Origin: a virus
Length of the DNA: 64,000 nucleotides
Reading direction: 5' to 3' (one strand)
Virus record (IMG/VR): IMGVR_UViG_3300045988_174111
Location: 1-64,000 of that record
The notes beneath the pieces were generated by a model. It ran no database searches and was not told where the DNA came from. It was given only the letters and a program-made list of their open reading frames with translations. This document shows, piece by piece, positions 58,181 to 64,000 of this stretch. The translations under genes were made by a program, and so were the position numbers. How positions within the stretch are numbered: the stretch's first letter is position 1; each line of letters begins with the position of its first letter.

Positions 58181-59782
58181 TTATGAAATTGCCCTTTTTT
58201 GTAAATACTCCTTCAGGGACTGTCTTTCGCTGCGCTTATTTAACGTCTCTTTTGGCTGTCTAACGGAAGAATCACTTTCCCCTGATACTTTTGTACCAAA
58301 CACTCCTGGGGATATCTCAACTCGTTCCTTTTTCTCGCCAACAGCCGAATCACCATTTCCTTTTCTAGAACGCCTGCTTTCCAATTTATCGAGTGCAGAC
58401 ATATCTAAGACTTGCTCAACAGTTGTTGAACGGGGTATGTCGTAGAAAAATCCATTCTCATAATTTGTAGGGATTCTAATTATAATTCCATTATTTCGGT
58501 AATTACGCAATTTATCACAATAAATACGGGCGATATTTTCCTTCCCTTCTTCTATTGTAATATTCCCAGTAAATACAAAGGAAAAAGGCTTAATAAGTGT
58601 TCTATCGCCTTCTGTATTTTGACGAGTAATTACGCGAGTAGGGTCATTCCACACTTCAAGCGGTACGTCCCCAGTCTGTGTTGCAGTTATAACTGCACAA
58701 TCGTATTTCTTTGCGATATCCTTTAATCTCTGAGCGCATTTTTGCAACCGATACTTAATAAAATTCGGGTCAAAATCAATCTTCTTATTTTCACCAGTCA
58801 ATAACAAATCGATTGAATCGACAGTAATTAAATCCGGATAATATCCATACTCTTTTTTATAATCTTCTATAGCCTGAACCAAATCCGCCACAGTCATGTC
58901 CATCATTTCTTCAGACGCATATACATCAATATCACTGTTAACCGTTGCGGCTCTCTTTATTAATGCCGAAATCCTTTGGCGTGTCTCATCTGTGACTTCG
59001 CCTTTCATTATTTTCGAATAAGTGGTATTCGCCAACATTTGGTCAAATTTGACAACCGCTTCATCTAGACCACCCTCCAACTGAAAATGTAAACAGTGAT
59101 TATGCGCAATTGATGTGTTGTACCATGCAAAATACTTCAGAGCTGTTGATTTACCTACTCCGGAACGCATAATTAACAAAACGGTATCCTGACGTGGGAT
59201 TCCCCCATCAGTAAGTTCGTCGATTGTTGTTATACCTGTTGGCATTTTTGCTCTACGAATCTCATCTTCAGCCTTTAATTGTGCGCTTCCAATATTACGA
59301 TAAAAATCTCGATATACGCGAACAAACTTCCCCCGAAACTTGTCCAAGGAAAAAGAATTTATTTCAGACATTCGCTTTTCCAATAAAAGCATAGCTTCCT
59401 CTGGACGCCCTTCATTATACATGTCAGAAATTTCATGCTGAGTTGCAACAAATGTTTGTCTACGAATGAAAGTCTCTAACTGTCGAACCATTGGTTCAAA
59501 ATCAGGAATCTTCAACGCTTTAACTTCAGAAATCTTTTTAGAAACATCTTCATTATTTGGGAAGGTCATTTCAACCATTCCAAATGTAGCAAGACTTCCA
59601 GACTTCTTTAAGGTATCCGAAAGAACTTTTAACATCGCTTTACAGCCTCCTAATTCACGGGGGAAATTACTTAAATCGAGATTATCAACAACCAATTCCG
59701 CAAACTGTTTGTTCGAAAACGCCAATCTAAGCATTTCTTCAACAAAACTTGGACTCAATACTGCGTCAACTTTCTTTGCCAT
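58181..59782 (-). CDS. dnaB: DnaB-like replicative helicase
   Basis: Walker A LLIMRSGVGKSTAL. Walker B LITVDSIDLL. RecA-like C-terminal domain. Adjacent to the primase gene. Confidence 0.8.
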   Translation of the reverse strand: MAKKVDAVLSPSFVEEMLRLAFSNKQFAELVVDNLDLSNFPRELGGCKAMLKVLSDTLKKSGSLATFGMVEMTFPNNEDVSKKISEVKALKIPDFEPMVRQLETFIRRQTFVATQHEISDMYNEGRPEEAMLLLEKRMSEINSFSLDKFRGKFVRVYRDFYRNIGSAQLKAEDEIRRAKMPTGITTIDELTDGGIPRQDTVLLIMRSGVGKSTALKYFAWYNTSIAHNHCLHFQLEGGLDEAVVKFDQMLANTTYSKIMKGEVTDETRQRISALIKRAATVNSDIDVYASEEMMDMTVADLVQAIEDYKKEYGYYPDLITVDSIDLLLTGENKKIDFDPNFIKYRLQKCAQRLKDIAKKYDCAVITATQTGDVPLEVWNDPTRVITRQNTEGDRTLIKPFSFVFTGNITIEEGKENIARIYCDKLRNYRNNGIIIRIPTNYENGFFYDIPRSTTVEQVLDMSALDKLESRRSRKGNGDSAVGEKKERVEISPGVFGTKVSGESDSSVRQPKETLNKRSERQSLKEYLQKRAIS

Positions 59783-59784
59783 AA

Positions 59785-61884
59785 TTATACTGCATCAACT
59801 TTAATCATTAAGGTGCTTTCTCTTAATCTATTAATTGCCATAAAAGAAGAGGAAACCGTATCATCATGCCCACTAATACTTTCGAGAGTTCCCTTGTCAC
59901 TTCTAAATGCAATAGAATTAAATTCTCCAAACATTTGGTCTATTTTTTGAGAAGTGTCCGGATGATAAGGGCATTTAATAGCTCCTCTCTCAAATAACGC
60001 TGCAAGTGACGCCCATCCAGTTCTCAAGTCCTTTTTATTTCCCGAAGTAGTAGTGAACGGAGTAATATTTCTAATGCCCATTTGAACGCACATGTCCGCC
60101 AAAATATTTTGAAACCCATTGTTCTCAACGACAATTTCATTTGGCTTAAATGTTTGATTCAGCAAATTTATCTTCTGAATTTGTTCATTATGAGACAGCC
60201 CCTTTTCTCGGAAAATATACAAAAGATAATAATTTCCTTGGATGTCTTTCCCCCAAACCGTGTAACAGGTATAATCGGCACCAACGTTACCAGATACGGC
60301 AAAGTCACAACCAATAACAACTCTTTGAAGCTTAATAGGAAAAGACTCTATATTCTCAACGAGCCTGACATTTTCCATACCGATTGTGCTTCTCTTTAGT
60401 ATCTCCCAAGGGAAAATCGTACTGTCGTCAGATATAGGTACAACCAAATATTCTCGAGAAAATACGAGAGTCCCAAGAGATGCTTTTTCTTCCATAAGTT
60501 TCTTCCATGTAAAACGGTCTGGAGCTAATAGACGCCCGTCCGGGAAAATTGCTGGGTATTCAAAAACTTTGAATTTGGGGTCTTTTTTAAGTTCCGCGTA
60601 TAAGTCCTCTTGCTGATATGGGGTTCCATCTACAATATTGTATCCATACGGCTCAACGATAGGGGTGATTGCTCCTTTAAACAGGTCTCTAAGTTTTTCT
60701 CTTTGTTCCAAGGAATAAATACTACTTTCGTCCGGCAAGTCATCACTCACTGCCGCCCCAACATGAAGCCCTCGAATAAACCCGTCCTTTCCGCGCAAAT
60801 GAAGCTTCGTTCCATTTTCGCATTCTATACTAGTTGCGGCCAAAGAAGCCTTTCCAGTAGGATTCAACTTTGCTGCTAAAGCCTCGTTTACTCGAATTTC
60901 CTCAACAACTTTGTCAATGTGCTGTTTACCCAGCTTCTCCGTGTTGGTGATAATACAGGTTTCCTGACGATTCTTATTATCGGGAATGTCAGGTCTCATA
61001 AACGTTGGTCGTCTATAACTGTACAACCTCCACAATGGAAATGCCATGCAAAACTCATAAGAGTTGTGAACAACGGTTCCGTCTTCCAACTGGAATATAT
61101 GGTCTCCGTCGCACATAAAACCATAATAGGATTCTTCCCCTATGGGTTCAACACGTATATTCCCTCTTTCGAAGACAGGCTTATCGTAGGAAAAAACCCT
61201 ATACCCCTGGAATCTTCTTTGTTTCTTCACAGGATACTTCAAGAATTGCCCCATCTCAATTTCAACATATTTTTTCTTCTTTGTATCCCACAGGCATAAA
61301 ATGTGCGCTCGATTTACAGCATAAGGCATTCCATTTTCCTGTTCGACTCTGAACATCTGTGAACGCCCAATATGACGTGTCAAAACTTTTCTCGGGGTAA
61401 AATCAACGCCCATCACCTCCATTCCTGGATAAATGTCCTCAACATTTTTCACCGAAAAATCTGACATTAAAATTCTTGTCCCCCTCGCAAAACATTTTCC
61501 GTGGGAACGGGCAGCAAGATAAGCACTATTCGGATAGAGCTGTACCATGTTTCCCCACTCAAGATTTCTCCACCCCTGACGGAAGTTCGGAAGCATTGTC
61601 GTCTTGAAATAATTATAGGACTGAATTTTTAAAGTTTCATCCATAGACTCTTCTAATTGGTCTATATAATCAAGACGTTCTGTTTCTAAAGTTGAATTTA
61701 ACGTCAGTACATTATTTGTTTGGATAAAAATTTCTGATAAAAGGGAATCAATATCGCCTGAATATCCGTTAACTAGCTGATTTATTGCAACTGGCGGCAA
61801 AGACTCTATCACATTAAATGCGGTAGAAAAAACTGTATCAAGCTGCTTATATGACAATTTTGAATCTTCATTAAAATGTATCAT
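59785..61884 (-). CDS. terL: Terminase large subunit, mini-intein-containing
   Basis: The extein restores Walker A AARSHGK-SYEF. Nuclease-domain motifs VIGCDFAVSG..ADYT, IVVENNG, GHDDTVSS. Start taken at MIHFNED (ATG 61882-61884), 1 nt after the upstream stop. Confidence 0.8.
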   Translation of the reverse strand: MIHFNEDSKLSYKQLDTVFSTAFNVIESLPPVAINQLVNGYSGDIDSLLSEIFIQTNNVLTLNSTLETERLDYIDQLEESMDETLKIQSYNYFKTTMLPNFRQGWRNLEWGNMVQLYPNSAYLAARSHGKCFARGTRILMSDFSVKNVEDIYPGMEVMGVDFTPRKVLTRHIGRSQMFRVEQENGMPYAVNRAHILCLWDTKKKKYVEIEMGQFLKYPVKKQRRFQGYRVFSYDKPVFERGNIRVEPIGEESYYGFMCDGDHIFQLEDGTVVHNSYEFCMAFPLWRLYSYRRPTFMRPDIPDNKNRQETCIITNTEKLGKQHIDKVVEEIRVNEALAAKLNPTGKASLAATSIECENGTKLHLRGKDGFIRGLHVGAAVSDDLPDESSIYSLEQREKLRDLFKGAITPIVEPYGYNIVDGTPYQQEDLYAELKKDPKFKVFEYPAIFPDGRLLAPDRFTWKKLMEEKASLGTLVFSREYLVVPISDDSTIFPWEILKRSTIGMENVRLVENIESFPIKLQRVVIGCDFAVSGNVGADYTCYTVWGKDIQGNYYLLYIFREKGLSHNEQIQKINLLNQTFKPNEIVVENNGFQNILADMCVQMGIRNITPFTTTSGNKKDLRTGWASLAALFERGAIKCPYHPDTSQKIDQMFGEFNSIAFRSDKGTLESISGHDDTVSSSFMAINRLRESTLMIKVDAV
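61063..61494 (-). mobile_element. Mini-intein (144 aa, no endonuclease domain) in the terminase Walker A motif
   Basis: Begins CFARGTRILMSDF and ends DGTVVHN followed by +1 Ser. The Hint-domain-only length leaves no room for a homing endonuclease. Confidence 0.85.
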
Positions 61885-61885
61885 A

Positions 61886-62560
61886 TCACACCAACTGAAA
61901 TCCTTCTCTGAATCTTGATTCTTTTTTCGTTGACGCCACAGGGGTAGAAACTCCAACCCCTCGGAACTTCTCTATGTATTTTAACATAAGAAGGGCATTC
62001 GCTCTTGTATCATTCAACGCCCTATGAGCGTCAACAAGTTCGACCCCTTCAAGTCGGCAACAGGTTCCAAGCTTATAATTTTCCTGCTCAACTGCCCTAT
62101 ACCATGATAATTTCATAGTGTCCTCTACGAACTTCACATATTCCCATAAAGAATCTCCATAAAATTCAAACAAGCCTTCAAAAAAGGGTATATCAAACAG
62201 TTGAAAATTATGCCCGCATAAAATTGAACCAATTCGCGGATTTTTATATTTAACCAAAAAGGACTTTACTTTTTGGTAAACTTCTTTCGCGTTTTGGCCA
62301 TTTTCCTTCAAATTTGAAACTGAAAGGCCATGAACTTTCTCAGCTTCAGGATTATATTCAAGTCCGTCTTTGTAAGGCTGAATAATTGCATCGTACTCAT
62401 CAACAATTTTCAAGGCATTCAAATCAATCACAACTAATGCAATTTCACATAATGCAACATCGAAAAAAGCCTTCTTTTCTGGCTTTCCTTTAGAAGCCTT
62501 GCTTGGAAGCCCACCTGTTTCGGTATCTGCAACTATCATATAATTAGCAGTCGTTTTCAT
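61886..62560 (-). CDS. DnaQ-like DEDDh 3'-5' exonuclease
   Basis: ExoI VADTETGG, ExoII GHNFQLFDIPFF, ExoIII HRALNDTRA. Confidence 0.85.
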   Translation of the reverse strand: MKTTANYMIVADTETGGLPSKASKGKPEKKAFFDVALCEIALVVIDLNALKIVDEYDAIIQPYKDGLEYNPEAEKVHGLSVSNLKENGQNAKEVYQKVKSFLVKYKNPRIGSILCGHNFQLFDIPFFEGLFEFYGDSLWEYVKFVEDTMKLSWYRAVEQENYKLGTCCRLEGVELVDAHRALNDTRANALLMLKYIEKFRGVGVSTPVASTKKESRFREGFQLV

Positions 62561-62577
62561 ATAAAAATTATTTTATT

Positions 62578-62832
62578 TTAATCAATTAAATCTTTCAAAG
62601 CCTGTAAGTCCTCGTCCCTTTCATCAATATTTGAATAGACTAAGACTAAATTAATAACGGGATTTTTATCCCCTTTCAGCCCTAATGGGAAATCATTTAA
62701 TACGATAGTTGGTTCTCCTTCATCGGTTAAATCACCCCTGAACTGTATAATATAATTTTTCCTAATTATTTGTTTGCTTTTATCGCGAAATTCGAATAAA
62801 AGCTTTCTTTTAGGTTCTTCCATAACTAACAC
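62578..62832 (-). CDS. Hypothetical protein
   Basis: 84-aa ORF. Confidence 0.5.
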   Translation of the reverse strand: MLVMEEPKRKLLFEFRDKSKQIIRKNYIIQFRGDLTDEGEPTIVLNDFPLGLKGDKNPVINLVLVYSNIDERDEDLQALKDLID

Positions 62833-63224
62833 GTTTTTCGTTTTCCAAATTCATATTTTTGGTGACATTCTTCACAAGTCAATTCAATGTTACTCTTCTC
62901 AAGCCTTAACTCCGGATGAGCACCCTTAGACTTAATGTGACTAAAGTAAATTGGTTTAAGCGGTTCTAAGAGACGTTTCCCACAATGCGTACAAATGTGA
63001 GGACGCTCCGCCCATATTTCCTTAAAGAGAGCCAATTCACCCGTTGCGCGTCGCATTTTAGGTTTCTTTGCTTTACTTTTTTCAGCCCGAACTTCAGCCC
63101 TAGACATCCCTTCGTGAAGCCTCCTGTAATTACAGTCATCGCAAAGGCATTTTGTTCGATTTACAATAAACCTATATTTTCCACACTTCTTACATATTTG
63201 ATATCTTTCAATCGTCTTTGTCAT
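62826..63224 (-). CDS. Zinc-finger / HNH-like (NinG-like) nuclease (putative)
   Basis: CKKCG...CDDC, CTHCG, FSHIKSKGAHPELRLEKSNIELTCEECH. Confidence 0.4.
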   Translation of the reverse strand: MTKTIERYQICKKCGKYRFIVNRTKCLCDDCNYRRLHEGMSRAEVRAEKSKAKKPKMRRATGELALFKEIWAERPHICTHCGKRLLEPLKPIYFSHIKSKGAHPELRLEKSNIELTCEECHQKYEFGKRKTC

Positions 63225-63867
63225 AGTTATTTGTACGCATTACTTTCCTTATTGTAACGTTCGACCCACTTAATTGTTTAGCCTCTTCTGGGCTTTTTTC
63301 GGCTAGCAAAATATTTTTTAATAAAGTTTTCCCGTCTTTACACCTCGAAAACAATATTTCGCAATCCTTTTTAAAAGGACATGAAAAACATATTTCATCA
63401 TCAGGATGATAGGAATCCTCTCCGAACTTTGCTATACAAAAATTTGGACCTGAAATTCTTGACATTCGTAGCTTTTCTTTCCTAAAAACTTCTTCTGAAA
63501 TAGGTGTGTAACTTTGGGAAATTACAGGGTTCCTAAACCCATTCTCTTTTGCCCAATCCCTTGAATGCCATTTTGCTTCATCAGAATAATCATTCCAACG
63601 TCTCCAAGCTTCTTTTCCCATAAACCAACTTGGCATTGGTTTTTGCTTATGGCCTTGTTCTGAAAATACATAGAATTGGAAAACCAAAAAATTCCAAATA
63701 AAATCTGCTCCTGCCGTTGACGGTAAACTTTGTAAAAAAGAAACAACCGCAGAACGATGTAACGGTTTATCCATCTTCAAAGTTCTGGGCTGTTTCTTTA
63801 CTTTCATTTGCAGATATTCGTATATTCTTAGAACTATTTTTAAAGTTTCATTGTGTGAATATAGCAT
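63208..63867 (-). CDS. Hypothetical protein
   Basis: 219-aa ORF. The start lies 10 nt after the upstream stop. Confidence 0.55.
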   Translation of the reverse strand: MLYSHNETLKIVLRIYEYLQMKVKKQPRTLKMDKPLHRSAVVSFLQSLPSTAGADFIWNFLVFQFYVFSEQGHKQKPMPSWFMGKEAWRRWNDYSDEAKWHSRDWAKENGFRNPVISQSYTPISEEVFRKEKLRMSRISGPNFCIAKFGEDSYHPDDEICFSCPFKKDCEILFSRCKDGKTLLKNILLAEKSPEEAKQLSGSNVTIRKVMRTNNYDKDD

Positions 63868-63877
63868 ACTTCAAATT

Positions 63878-64000
63878 CTATTCCCAATCAATAATTACGT
63901 TAACAGACTCCTGCATAGGGTGAGTCACAGGTTTATAACGTCTTCCTGTGGGGTCAGCTGGGTCTGGCTCGCAAACTAAATTGTATTGCTCTTTAGCCTT
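63878..64000 (-). CDS. 3' end of a gene truncated by the window edge
   Basis: Open minus-strand frame from the window edge, ..KAKEQYNLVCEPDPADPTGRRYKPVTHPMQESVNVIIDWE*, with TAG at 63878-63880. Confidence 0.5.
   Translation of the reverse strand, partial: KAKEQYNLVCEPDPADPTGRRYKPVTHPMQESVNVIIDWE

Overview
This 64-kb window looks like part of a large, compact dsDNA phage (or phage-plasmid) genome from a Bacteroidota host. About 95% is coding and almost all genes are on the minus strand. At least 11 intergenic promoters match the Bacteroidota consensus exactly (TTTG-N19-TAnnTTTG), and several gene ends have hairpin terminators. The window holds the replication, recombination and nucleotide-metabolism region:
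- Replication: DnaE-type polymerase, DnaB-like helicase, primase, NAD-ligase, RNase H, DEDDh exonuclease, UvrD-like and SNF2-like helicases.
- Recombination: RecA, SbcCD/Mre11-Rad50-like proteins, RuvC-like resolvase.
- Nucleotide metabolism: class II-like ribonucleotide reductase, dUTPase, a ThyA-fold enzyme and kinases.
- Other: large terminase, GroEL-like chaperonin, J-domain protein, ECF-type sigma factor, HU, Dps, GH73 lysin.

Main observations:
1. Five inteins sit exactly inside catalytic motifs of RNR, UvrD, SNF2, DnaE and terminase. The SNF2 intein has the class 3 (Ala1 / Trp-Cys-Thr) signature.
2. A gene cluster resembles a thymidine (5-hmdU-type) DNA hypermodification pathway.
3. An overlapping gene pair encodes a small alarmone hydrolase and a RelA/SpoT-like synthetase, arranged like a toxSAS toxin-antitoxin module.
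4. A plus-strand iteron array lies next to a Rep_3-like initiator.
5. A ~0.9-kb ORF-poor island (16.0-17.0 kb) has aberrant C/A-rich composition, repeated CATCAC motifs, G-tracts and palindromes.
6. Four genes are interrupted by single-base indels in homopolymer runs. This fully explains the apparent non-coding gaps at those loci.

All family assignments come from motif recognition by eye. No database search was possible.
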